Assembly (NCBI GenBank): GCA_002633005.1
Contig: NMRA01000268.1
Location: 68,585 to 132,584, forward strand
DNA: 64,000 nt
Source of the DNA: Phoronis australis
Lineage: Eukaryota > Animalia > Phoronida
Reading direction: 5' to 3'
The translations under genes were made by a program, and so were the position numbers. Under the pieces are notes generated by a model. That model searched no databases. It was not told the DNA's origin and was given only the letters and a program-made list of their open reading frames with translations. Positions 12,901 through 25,974 of this stretch are shown piece after piece. Positions within the stretch are counted from its first letter, which is position 1, and each line of letters starts with the position of its first letter.

Positions 12901-15900
12901 TTCGACATCAATGTAAAAACGATTAGATACAGTTACTAAGCAGCGGTACCCACGGCCGGCTTCCCGAATCGCAAGCAGATGATCCTCCGTTTGACAAACG
13001 TTAAAAGTCTCATCAGGCGGCAAAATATTCCAAAACATTTTGAAGAAATTTTTTCGGAAGGAGTTTTCGGTGAAAACAGTTCTAAACTTTACTCGTTTGT
13101 ACTATAGTACCGGTAGTATAAAAAATGGTCACTTACTTAGAGACGTGGTTGGTTGTTAGCAGACGCTTCGACCTGGTCCGCCAGGTCTTTGTCGATGAAT
13201 GATCTAGGATCGTTTGTACTAAACAAAAATTACGCCTTATAGACCTATACTCTATAGCAAGAAACAACACCGGTACAAACGAATGCAAACAACTACCCAC
13301 GCATGCGCGGCACAACCTCAACCGCGCGTGATCGAAGTTGGCTTTCCACACCTAGAGATCAACATTTTGACTTAGCAGACCACGTAGCGAAAGTTTCAGC
13401 TGTTTTGAAAATTTGATAATTACATTTTAATCACAGTTGTAATGACTGAAATGTACACCGAAATTCACTGATTAGTAAATTACAATTGAAGAGAGTACAA
13501 TTAGTTGTTTAAATAAACAATTTGGAATATGGCAAGATAGACGACAAAAGAAAACCTCAAATTCAATCGGTCATAACACTAAAAAGAAAGTACCTGGGTA
13601 AGCACTTGTAAAAGCGACACCTATAGAAATAATTGAAGAACTTACTCCCTCCTTCTGAACGTGAGTGTAATAATCCTCCGCACCAAGCCAGTAACCATAG
13701 TGTGAGTCAAAACCTCGATACGTAGGTGTATACTCCTTGTGAAAAAATCCTAAATGCCACTGGAATATAAAAGGATAAATTATTCTCCATATCCCCAAAA
13801 ACTATTATTTTGGCGTGCTTGCATTGATCCTGCAATTGGAAGTTAAAGCTAACCTAGCTGCAACTAGATGGAAGTTGTCACGTTTTAACCAACACCGCCA
13901 AATCCTGACGTTTCTTCATGTGTATTACTTTGGATTTCCCAGTTGTGGCAAAAGTCTTGACTATTATGGTAAGGAAAACTTTGGACCAAGTTCGTAGAGG
14001 TGAGTGCCCTACTTTTCACCTGGGTGTTTTCAAACAGATGTTCAGGAGGAAATGCAATTTCAAAGTGAAGCATTAAAGCGTTTCGAAGACCAAGTTTCTC
14101 AAGGGAAAATTGAGAGATAGGCAAGACGGGAAAATAACGCGAGCGAAAGACGAGTTTTTTTAAGAGTAGGCTCGAAACGTTACCAGTGTAACTAAGCAAA
14201 ATGGGAGCCACTGACTGAAGATTGGTTCGTTGGTGAGGTGGGAATGTTGAATAATTAGATTGAATTCATATATTTTTAGTTATCGAATAAAATTCACTGT
14301 TTTTATTTTGTTTGCCACAAGTGTAAGCTGATGTCTTGGGTCAACAGAACGCAGCCAGTTCAGTGCGACGTCAACTTACTTTGCCCACGATATGGGTGGC
14401 GTATCCCAGCCTCTTTAGATACTGGGGTAGAAGAGTCTCGTTGAGGCCAAGACCGTACGGTTGAGCTGCCATTAAAACTTGGTGTTGCATACCTGAAGGA
14501 TAAGCGGAGAGTGGGCGAGTGGAAGGTGAGCATAAAAGTAGTGCTAAGTGTCGTGACATGAGTACTGCGTTTACGCGGGTGGCTCCTATCGTTTACCGGT
14601 TCTCCAGACAAGTTACCACCAATATCAAATCACCGATTTGAGCATGCGCGAGCTTCACAGTTTGAGCACGCAGGGACGACATTGAAAACCCCATTTTACG
14701 GGTTAACTTATAACTAGCCATATTTACCGATAGCATCGGCATTGAGTTGACGGAGCATCGTCTAAGAAACTTGGGTTATAGCTTGTGGCGCTTCAACCCT
14801 TGCTTAATGTTGCTTACCGTGTCTGTGCAACTTTTTACATGTCGTGAACACATCCACTAAAACAAGAAACTGTAGGAACACCGCATTTATCCACCTTCAC
14901 TCTCATCAGGCTTCTATTGTGAGTCAGCATGCGTGAATAATTGGCTGATAAGCCACCTCTGGAACTACTTTGGGCTGAATGGANTGAAATAACGAGAACC
15001 GGATGCCGGGACGACCTGCGGATTGTTCGGTAGCAGGTCAAAGTGTAATTAAGACCACGTTTTAAGGCCATATGAAGTGCCTTTAGTGCAAAAATTTGTT
15101 ACATCGCTGGAGGTTCAATACTCCGAAGGTTCACTACTCCGAAAATCTCTAAAATTTCGAACTCGGGTATAATTTTTAGGCTTTTGCATGCAAAAATAAA
15201 CAATACTTCGGTAATTAGATGTGCTGAGTGGTGTACATGTACCTATAGCGAAAACAACGTCCGGGTATTACTGATTAAATTCACATACGAAATTGCTTGC
15301 TTGTCTTACACATACAGAAAAATGAGTACGTTCTTGCATTTTTAAAATCAGTATAGTTCGGTAGCAGCCCTTCGTTAACACAAACTTCGTTGAAAACACG
15401 ACTAAACTTTTTGTTGGAAAGCTTGATACAGAGTCGCTAGTACATGTAGTGTCGAAACGGTCTCCTGTCTTCAGGTGCGCAGCTATCGAAACAGGGTCAA
15501 CGAGCGGTACACACCTGTGAGCTGCTCATTCAACACAGCATTTTTTCGTGACTGGTCAATAGCGATTCCAAAATCTTTCCCATCAGATTCGCTGCTCGTA
15601 TGAAGTCTGCGAGGCTGCGTACCATTGACACTGATTAACAAGAGAATTTAGTAATACTTTATTCATTGACAGGCCCGTAGCCAGCATTGCGCGGTGGGTG
15701 GTTCGGGGAATTTTTTGTACGGTGGACCTTTGATATTTTGCAAACATCGACGCAGTTTAACTAGGGGGCGGGAAATCTATATACACAACGACGACTCTTA
15801 GCTCTAAGTTTCCAAGATCAGCCGGAATTCGTAATTCCAGAAATGAGGATTCCCTGATGGTTGCTCACAAAGAACGTGACCCAAGTTCGGATGTAATGTG

Positions 15901-18900
15901 GCCCAGAAAGAGAATGTTCCCACGTTACCCCCTGCCAAACTTTCAAACCGGGCGTGCTTAAATGAGTGATTACACCTCATTACATAATCGGTCTGAAATA
16001 TTTAATCGGAGCATGATCGACTTGAATACTTTGATCTGGTTGTATTTTGCGTGTTACTTAACTTGTTTACATCGCTGGAAATGGGAACAACCTAGTATTC
16101 CAAAATTTCACTACTCTGAAGGTTCACTACTCTGAAGGTTCACTATTCTGAAGGTTCACTATTCTGAAGGTTCACTACTCCGTAAAGATCTAAAATTTCG
16201 GACTTGGGTGTATCAGATATCCCTTTTACCTGCAAAAATAAGCGACACTTCGGTTATTAGATGCACTAGTGGTGTACCTATGCTCAAACAACGCCAGGAT
16301 TTCATGCGCATGCGAAATTGCCCGCATGTCTTTCGAATACGGAAAATGAGTACGTACTTGATTTTTTAAAAGATTATGAAGTAGGAATATTGATTTATTA
16401 TGAACCACGATACATTCATCAAATCCATGCCAAAGTCGCATCATTTCACAGCGTGATTGGGCTAGTTTAGGGCCGCTGCCCCTCAAACTCACCCATCGGA
16501 ACCACGCGCATGGCCGCGTCGAAACCAAATGTAGCTAAAAGTCTACCCTGTCCTTGACAGTCTTCACTAAGTCGGAGAGTCCCATTCAATCCTCTTAAAT
16601 TTAAAATCGCCGCTATTGGTAGCTGAGGACCTGACCCGATGTCGTCCCTGCTTGAGACTGAATGAGTCGTTAGTTAGAATGAAGATTCACGATTGGCAGT
16701 GATTAGAACTGAGATCAGTTGTAAACAATGTAATCAGTCTTTTAAGAACTATTCAAATTTTGTACACCCTTTAAATAATTACTACATGAGCACAAATACA
16801 ATACTTTTCTCATGTCAGTTCCGACTTGTTAGTAGACAATCAGAGTAATGAAGTGGTTTCGGAATTGTGGACATTCGAAGTAGTGGACATTCGGAGTAGT
16901 GAACCTGCAGAATAATAACATGTAACCTTGGAAATCTTTTCCATCAAGTTTGTCACCCGTATGACGCCTGAGAGACTGTGCGCCATTGGCACTGATTGAC
17001 AAGAGAAGACTTTCTTCATTGACCAAAATTTTTATTAGGTCTAGACCTACTTTACACTAATAACATAAACATGCTCGTCGGGGTTTTCTTAGTGCAAGAA
17101 AATACGGTAGATCATGGGCGGTGTAGCACTTAAAAATGAGGCGCTGTAGCCTCCCTGTGGTGAACCGCCCATAGACCATGGGGTGCGCAGCACTGAAACA
17201 AAGTGGGGACTATATCCCCCAACCCCCTATGGTGCGCCGTCCATGTAGTTAAATGTCTGATTTTTTGCAACTACGGAGGACTGCCTATAGAGAACTTTGA
17301 TTATCATCGCCGTGTTCTGAACTTAAACGAATGGAAACGCACACACGTGTACACGCACGCGTATCATCCACCAATCTACAGCCAAAGTGGGAATTTGAAA
17401 ATGTCTGCACTTTACCGTACTCTGTCACAACAAAAATATCAGAAAAACCTACTCTCTGCTATTTTGTTTCTTGGTCGACTTCAAGACGTTCACACGGCAC
17501 TATATTTGGGAGCTCTCTCGCTGCAATATAGCCTATCTAGGTATAGACATTTACTTCTAGACTACCGTGTTACCCTATGTTGTAACCACCACGCGCGTTC
17601 AATACTGATGAATAACTAAAGCCTCCTCTAACCATCTGCACGATTGTATCACCAAGCACCATTCGGGCGAAGTTGACCGGGTACGGCCCGATGATTACGC
17701 GAGCTAAATTCAAAATTATTATTGACTTAGTTATCATTGTAGTTAGTAGTACCAGTAGCTGCAACAATTTTGTTGTTGTTATCTCATCTATAACGGATAG
17801 GCCGGGGCTGGACCTTTTCCGAATCCCCTCCCCCCTGGCTACGGGCCTGGATACTGTCGCTCTGCATCATTTTGACGAAACCTTTACTTCACTGACATGG
17901 CCATTGGCGTAGCAAATGTAAGACGTTTAGTTCTTGACAGATCGTTTCCCTTATCGAAGTGTACTTGGGTTTACAGTTGCTGTTACCTGTGTGTATGCAG
18001 TATCTACCCGTCATGAGTGATGCTCTGCTTGGTGAACATATTGGTTGAACATAATAGTTGTTTAGAATGATTCCATTATGAGCCAGGGCGTCAATGTTGG
18101 GAGTAAGAATCTGGTCTGATCCATGAAAACTGACGTCATCCCACCCCTGTGAGGAGAAAGGGTACAGACATTACGATGAATAACTAAAATGGCACTCCGG
18201 GAACACACCGAGTGCACGGCTGCACTTGATTGTCTTCGCCGGTCAACCTGGGTTCAACCGGCTATGACATCTGGTTCTCGATGGCAAAATGCGGATTGTA
18301 GACCAATCAGATTTCTTAGCCGGTTGATCTAGCGGAACAGGCGAAGCCTCAATCGAGGCGGAACAAGCCAAGTACACAGCAAGTACAATTTTTGGGTCAC
18401 AAGCCACCACAGGACTACACTCGGGCTAAATGGAACCAAAAATCACGAAAACATGTGAACATTGTAAACGTGATGTATATTTAAGAGTTGTAAATAATCT
18501 AATAAGCCTTCATTTCACATTCCCAACAGGAGAACTACGTTTCATTTCCAGACAGGTTACTCCGGCCCTACGGTTGTCTTCACCTCAGCTGGAAGCAGAT
18601 TCATATTAATGCTTGTGACTGAGCCGTGGTTTGTGTTTTGGACAGTGTGCTGGAGGACTCGGATGTAAAGTCAGCCCAATTTGTCATTATCTAGGCCAGT
18701 TTTGATGTTTCAAAAACCATTGTGGATGTTTTTAAACAAAGACAGATTCACCGAACTCAAAGACAAAAAATAGCAACACCGTGCATCGGTACAGTCAGGC
18801 AAGGTTTGTTCGTAAATGGGCCGAGCAAGCGCATAGAGGATGACCACGCTCAACGTGAACCTGTCTCCACTTCAACAACAGAAAATTAAGCGAACCGAAA

Positions 18901-21900
18901 CGCGTGCGAAAAGTATCTGGCACGGCTACATTACGTGAGTTTTCTAACTCGCCTGATGGTGCCTAATGGAGATGGGTGCCTAACCCATTTAAGGGGTTCT
19001 TAGCAGGGAACTTTTCTGAGTATCTGCATCGGGTTAACACAGAAATCAGTTCGCAAATGTAAGAATAGAAAAAAGGTTTGCTGACAGGCAAGGTTGGGTT
19101 TTGGGCTTTTCAGTACATTTTCACTCCCAGAAATCCTGCAACTTGCAGTCAACTTGCAGTTGATCAAATACACATGCGGATTATCAACCTACCGCTTTCG
19201 ACATCGGTGTCGTGATACGATTGTTATCATGCTCGATGGTTCCCTGCGTGCCGCTGGGTGGTCGGTAGCCAGCGCGCAGGTATCACTTAATTTTCCTCGG
19301 AAATTTTTTACACCCGCGTTTCTGATTGGCAAGTCGAATTCTCAACAGGCAGCGCTTTACGTAAACAAACTGGCATGACTGATGGACTGAAGTGTAAATG
19401 TGGTCTGTTATACAGGAAATGTGAATCTTAGAAATTGAGGTTGCGCCTTTTCGGAGTGCATCTTTCTACTGTCGATGACTTTTGTTTACGATACTGTCCT
19501 TTATCCAGTACGCGTTGAATCTGTCGAGGGAAATACGGCAATGTAATAAAGCTTTCCGTATTCACCTCCCGCACTACTTCAACAGTGACCTCTGACATGG
19601 AAAGTTCAAAAGGTAGTCAGTGTCGACTCGACGTCGTTAGCCCGTTCGATCACCAAACTTTCGGAAAATAGTTTAAAGTGATACAACTATAACAGTGTAA
19701 ATAACGCTCAACATGCAATCAGGTCTCAATAGTAACACATCTGGAACAGGACTGTTAATTATATAACAGTTCTGCCTCAGTTTTTATTTGCTCACTATTT
19801 TATCGTCTGCAACTCAGGCGCCGATCCCTCGGTAACTACACTATCAAATATTGTCGTTATTTAACTATTTTCAGGAGACATTATTCCGCGTATCGTGTCG
19901 GTCGATACGCGTAATAATGTCTCGTGGGCTTTTACTTCATGTACCTCACTCTCGGTACGTTTTGTGTAAGTATTCATACATGTGTTGGTAGTCCTTCGGG
20001 TCCGAAGATGACGTAGGTTGTGTGTCTCATCGTCTATGTACACGAAGATGGCTCTGCAGTCCCAGTCTTGACCCGCAGAGTCGAGCACAGGTGGGGCATT
20101 GGAACTCCGTCGTGGTAACAGTGGTGGATGCTGCTGAGTGGCGTTTCACTCGAGCAGCTTCGAGTCTCTTACAGCGGTCATCATCAAAACTGGCAGTTGC
20201 TTTTCGAATCATGGCTCGCCACTTTGGTCTCTCTCCTGCAACAGCTTTCAGCTCCTTGGGTTTGATGTTGCACCACTTCAGGTTGGCTTTGACGGTGTCC
20301 TTGTAGCGAAGGCGAGGGCGTCCTTGCTTCCTTCTCCCAGTCTTCAGCTCGCCATACAAAAGCTGGCGAGGCATTCTGTAGTCCTCCATCCTGATGATGT
20401 GCCCCACCCATCGCAGTTGGGCCTTGAGTAGCATCGCTTCAATGCTGGTTGACTGGGCACGTTCTAGGACCTCAAGGTTGGTGATTCGGTCCTGCCATCG
20501 GATTCCTAGGATGGAGCGAAGAGAACGCATGTGGAAGCTCTCAAGCTTCTTGATGTGCCTGCGGTAGGGGGTCCATGACTCGCAGCCATAGAGCAGAGAG
20601 GTCAGGACCACTGAAGAATACACCTTCAGTTTAGTAGACAGGCGGATGTTGTGTTTGTTGAGCACCCGTGTTCTCAGTCTTCCAAGTGCCTTGCTTATCC
20701 TGGAAGCAATCTCTTTGTCTAAGCTGCCATCTTTTGAGATGACGCTCCCCAGGTATTTGAAGTGCTCCACATTGAGGAGTTGCTAGTTGTTGATGGTAAT
20801 GACTGGCTCCGGGGGATTGGTGTTGGGTGCAGGTTGAAGAAGCACTTCTGTCTTGCCGAGGCTTATGGTCAAGCCGAATGCTTTGGAAGCATTCGAGAAG
20901 CTGTCCAGCATGAGTTGTAGGTCATTCTCTTTGTGGGAAAGGAGCGCACAATCATCCGCAAAAAGGGCGTCCTGGATTAGTTTTTCCAGGCACTTTGTCT
21001 TTGCACTAAGGCGCCTTAGATCGAAGAGGGAGCCGTCGAGGCGATATTTGATGTACACACCCTCCTCTAGTCCTTGCATAGCTTTGGTCAACATGCACGT
21101 GAAGAAGAGGTTGAACAGAACAGGCGCGAGCACACACCCCTGCTTCACTCCATTTGAGATGTCAAAGGTGGCTGAAGTATCGCCGCTTGCGAGGACCTGA
21201 CCTGTCATGCCATCATGGAAGAGTCGCACCATCTTAACAAACTTTCGGGGGCAGCCATATCGACTCAGGACTGTCCACAGTGCCTCTCGGTTGACAGTGT
21301 CGAAGGCCTTAGTCAGGTCTATGAAGACTGAGTAGAGGGCCATGTTCTGTTCAATGCACTTCTCTTGAACCTGCCTCAGAGCGAAGATCATGTCCACCGT
21401 ACTGCGTCCTGGCCGGAAGCCACACTGCGATTTCGGTAGATTATGCTCTGAGACGGTGACAAGTCTGTTCAGAATGATGCGAGCGAAGATCTTGCCGGCG
21501 ATAGAGAGCAATGAGATGCCCCTGTAGTTTCCACAGTCCGCTTTGCTTCCCTTGTTTTTATAGAGAGCAACGATCAAGGCGTCGCGGAAGTCGTCTGGCA
21601 TGACCTCTTCCTCCCAGATGCTGTTCAGGATGTCGTGGAAGGCTGATATGGTGACTGGACCTGCTGCCTTATAGATCTCAGCAGGGATGCCATCCTTTCC
21701 TGAGGCTCTGTCACTATTCATCTGGGATATGGCTTTCTCAACCTCCTCTATGGACGGTGGTAAGTCCAGTTCTTCAAGCATGGGTTGCTGCGGGATCTGT
21801 TTGAGAGCAGACGGGTCAACTGCAGATGGCCTGTTTAGCAGAGTGCTGAAGTGTTCAGCCCAGCGGTCTCTTAGTCCTTCCTGGTCTTCGATGAGGCTCG

Positions 21901-24133
21901 ATTCGTCAGAAGACAACAAAGGAGAGCATCCTGTTCTAGAAGGGCCATACACTGATTTTAGGGCGCTGAAGAACTTCTTAGAGTTGTGGGAGTCAGCATG
22001 TTGTTGAACTTCTTCAGCCTTTCTCTGCCACCACTGATCTTGCATTTCCGTCAGTTCCAGCTGCGCTTTGCTCTGTAAGTGTTTGAACCTGTCCTTCTTT
22101 GAGACTGACGATGGATCATTCTGCCACTCTACATAGGCTTTCTTCTTGGCATCAAGGGTTGTAGAAATGGCTTCATCGTTTTCATCAAACCAGTCTTGGT
22201 GCACCTGGGGATTCAGTCCCAGTACCGTTTCTGCGGTTTCTGTCACGGCCTCCTTGAACTGCGCCCATTTCTCAGTGCTGGTTCCAACAAGTGGTGTGTT
22301 GCCTGATAGCGTGTCGTCCAGGGAATCCTGAAACCGATGAAGGTGTAGAGGATGCTTTAACCTGGCTGTGTTGAACGATGCCCTGATGAATTTCTGCCTG
22401 TTGCGCTGCGGGGGAACGATGTGCACGTTGAAAAGAGATCGCACTAGCCTGTGATCTGTCCATCATTCAGCTCCCCTCGTTACCCGGGTAATCTTGACAT
22501 CCTGCATATCCCGCTGGCGAACGATGACAAAGTCAATCATGTGCCAATGTTTGGACCTGGGATGCATCCAGGTGATCTTGTACTTGGCTGCTAGTCTGAA
22601 CATAGTGTTGGTGATACACAGGTTGTGCTCAGCGCATTTACTTAGTAGGAGCAGGCCGTTGCTGTTGAGTTTACCTACTCCGTGCCGTCCCAACACACCT
22701 TCCCAACTACTGCTGTCATTTCCGACTCGGGCGTTGAAGTCTCCGAGGATTACAAGCTTGTCGTTCGGGGAGTTGTCCTGATGATCTGGTCAAGGTCTTC
22801 GTAGAGTATGAATAACACACCGGTTAACTAAATCGGCCAGATATGTGTTTGTTATACGTGTATGTGCCTCAAGCACGCGACTATTAAACACCACTGCAAA
22901 AACGAAATAGTTGCGGAGACGCCACTTGCATGACAAGGCTAAAAATCGTTCACAGTCCGCCATTTCCACGATGTTGGAAAGCTAACCAATGACTGCTGAG
23001 GTTACATGAACCAATGACAAAGCGCGTGCCACTGCGTGATATCTGCGTGCTGGCTAGGCACGTAGGGGACCAGCGAGGTTATCATCGTGTTACACACAAA
23101 TAGTCCGGTCGAGAAAAAAGAGCTACGCCCCGATTTTGCTACGACGAAGGACGAGTAGAGTCATGTAACCGAGAAAAACTTGTAAATCAGACAACAACAT
23201 GAAAACGAGGCAGCAAATGTGCCTGAGGATGTTTACGGGACGGCACTACTTGCATAACTCTTATAGAAATAGTAGTAGGCTAGTCATTGTATGCTAGCGT
23301 GACCGCGAAAGGAATGGTGTGAATCGGTATGAATTTTGTAATTCAATCGTGCAAATTTTCTTTTACAGGCGCACGCATAACTTTCAAATTACTTCTAAAA
23401 GACTAAGTTGTGAAACTTGTGCATATTTTACAATATTTTTCGGACATTGTAAGCAACCTTTTGAGAGCAACCATTTTCGTCCTACGTCACGGCCTTAATG
23501 TGGAATTGGTTAATTAACATTGACAGCGTTTTAAACGTTCTCTTCGCTTTGATAATGATTGGTTGTTAGCATATGGAATTGACAAATAACCTGCAGTTAA
23601 AACGAAGCTGTGCTTCATAACCTGTGCTTAAATCATATGACGACGTCAACATCAAAACCTGGTATCACACAGTCAATACACGGAAGGAACGGTTGCATGT
23701 TTTGCTGTTTTTCTTTTCGCGACTCACTCCGGCCAAACTTACCACAGCTCTAGTTCGTATATACCAATGACACAGTTAAGTGCAGAGAAATCACTTAACC
23801 ACTTAAATCTCAAAAACGCTTTGTTTTCTATTTATGAAACTTTAATTTTCTTCATAATAAGCAAATAAGTACTATTTTTGATAGTCCCTCATGCAAAGGC
23901 GGATCACTTCAAAAACAATCCCTACAGCGGTTACTACAAAAAGTTTGATTATTGAGGCTTGCTCAGTGGTGCCACCATGATTATACACTATTTTACTTCG
24001 CTGAACGGCGACAGCAAGTTGAAGATCTTACCAAGTCATCAACTAGAATGAAAATCAAATGCGGCTGCGTCGGCATCATCCTTGCACATGCGCATGCAGT
24101 TAACAAACTGCCAAGCAGCGACCAAAACAGCAT
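6920..24133 (-). CDS. ARSB: Arylsulfatase B/I/J-like sulfatase, paralog 1 (7 coding exons, 586 aa, signal peptide)
   Basis: Exons (minus) 24133-24032 [22 protein letters not shown]; 18146-17987 [22 protein letters not shown]; 14492-14380 ..GYATHIVGK; 13759-13646 [13 protein letters not shown]; 12066-11944 ..YSTELYT; 9606-9347 [23 protein letters not shown]; 7808-6920 [21 protein letters not shown]. All introns are GT-AG and phases match; total 1761 nt, open. Exact ARSB/I/J orthology is not resolved. Confidence 0.93.
14838..14983 (-). repeat. 146-bp segment duplicated (2 mismatches) at 41325-41470
   Basis: Direct base-by-base comparison with the reverse complement. Confidence 0.9.
15670..17849. 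mobile_element. Possible TIR element (CAGGCCCGTAGCCAG..CTGGCTACGGGCCTG) with nested repeats
   Basis: Perfect 15-bp inverted ends; no TSD recognisable; contains a 16-bp-repeat element and a MITE. Confidence 0.45.
16066..16926. repeat. Non-autonomous element with subterminal 16-bp tandem repeats (AAGGTTCACTACTCTG); partial copy at 15098-15350
   Basis: About 5 units at 16095-16185, inverted units at 16845-16905; GTTACAT-like / ATGTAAC ends. Confidence 0.55.
19985..22805 (-). mobile_element. RTE-clade LINE, 5'-truncated, young, in intron 1 of sulfatase paralog 1
   Basis: Partial APE endonuclease ([15 protein letters not shown]), RT ([32 protein letters not shown]) and C-terminal C2H2 finger. 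Lesions are two in-frame stops (22463, 20783) and one frameshift near 22775. Confidence 0.93.
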
Positions 24134-25974
24134 TTTCTGAAAACAAATTACGCATATGTGATTAAGTTATGCAAAACTATTTTTATGATTTAAAATTGCG
24201 TGTTTATGTTTGTCCCGCGCTTGCGGCAAACTGGCAAAGAATATAATTGACGAGGAAGTAGAACTATGAGATTACAGCCTTCTTTTAATCAACTTGCTGG
24301 TATCTCGTAATCAACTTAAACTATAGGTTCTTCGCTTTGGGCTTACCTGACCCCGGTCTAGGTCTGATCATTCGACAAATTTGCACCCATATATGCACTC
24401 TTGGTACATTGTCAGAGTGCGAATGCTCCATATTCGACTTCCTAAGACACAACATAACGCTGCACAATGGTACACAAACTGTCCGTTGTCTATCCCGTAG
24501 TGTAGCGCCATAATCTCACTGCCATTGACTTCCCGCTTTAATTGCAGTCAACTGACAACTAGATCAGGGGGTTCTTGACTGATCATCCTTTGCATACTTT
24601 TTATTACCGGTAATAAAATATACAAACAACCACATATGAACGAATGCGCGACTATTTCTAGACATTCAAACACACACGCACGCACGCACGCTCAAACCAA
24701 CGTGCAATTCGCGATCAGCGCTATGGGTCTAATCTTTGTACTTGAAATCGCATTTTCCGTTAAACTTTTGTGCTCGAGTACATCCTGGTTTACGCTGGTG
24801 AGTTTTTAGTACAAGATCGCACTTGATGACACCAGCATTAAAGCTATAAGTTTGAGCCTGAACTGGAAATCAAGAGTTTTCTCGACATTTTGAGAAAAAA
24901 GAGTAGATCTTACCCCAGATAACAAACTGAGTACAATCTATTGTCTAACGAAACAATTGGGCCAACGATGGTCGGGTTGACTGAATTTTTCATAGTCAGT
25001 TTCCCAGAAAAATACATTTTTCCACTTGAAAGTATTGTAACATATTGCTACAAAATTTTATTGGAGGAGCAACATTTCTAAATCTTTGACGGAAAATGTG
25101 ATGTTTTCCCAATTGCGTAATTTAATTATATCTAATTCGTGTAACTTGATGAGAAATTAAGTAAATTTTGGGTTTTGAAAACCATCATTGCAGCTGACCA
25201 GAAAGTTTTCGTCACAACACAATCCCAGAGATGATTACTCATGTTTTCTGGCTCTTTTTACAAAACGTGAAGCGTTCTGACTGTGCAATATCAACTTTAA
25301 CTAGAAACTCGCTGATGGAGACTATTGGACGAAGAATACTTATCTGGAAACACCTAAATCTCGAATCATTAGTAAATTCAGTGACGTAATAACAACTAAG
25401 CAGAACTTTTGTAGCATATGCTACTGCCCCCGCGCTCTTTGGGGCCAAGCGGTCAGCGTTTTGTAGGCCCCAATACCATAAAGTATACTTATTTTTACGC
25501 CTATATAGAACCCTTGACCTCACGTAATGCAAACCTGATTTGGAAATTCTGTATTGGGCCCGCCATTTTCAATATGTGTTGGGTCAAGGTTGCGGGGCCT
25601 CACTGAATAAGCAATGTTAAAAGACTTGTAGGTGTCGCGCAGTGCCGTTCAATCTTAAGCTTGAAAACAAAAAACAGAGTTCCCTTAAAGTGCAGATATT
25701 CACCAAGGTGCCAGGCATTCCTTTATTTTTAGCCATTCTGAAATTTTCAGTATGGGTTTACTTAAAATACAGTGCGACAAAATCTAACTTTGCGCAAAAT
25801 TTACATATTTGACAAAACGAGTTAAATTCTTGATGCCATGATTGGAGCAGGCCCCCTGATTAGCGGTGTGTGAATTATTCAGAAAGCGACTAATTCAACT
25901 AACAGCTAGCATTGCCCAGTGGACACGTTGTGTCATGATGTAGAAGTCGCCTTAATAGCTTTCGTTCTCAAAAA

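Noticed and set aside
16095-16185. Short regular repeats resembling a CRISPR array
   Set aside because: Contiguous 16-mers without unique spacers; eukaryotic context, no cas genes.
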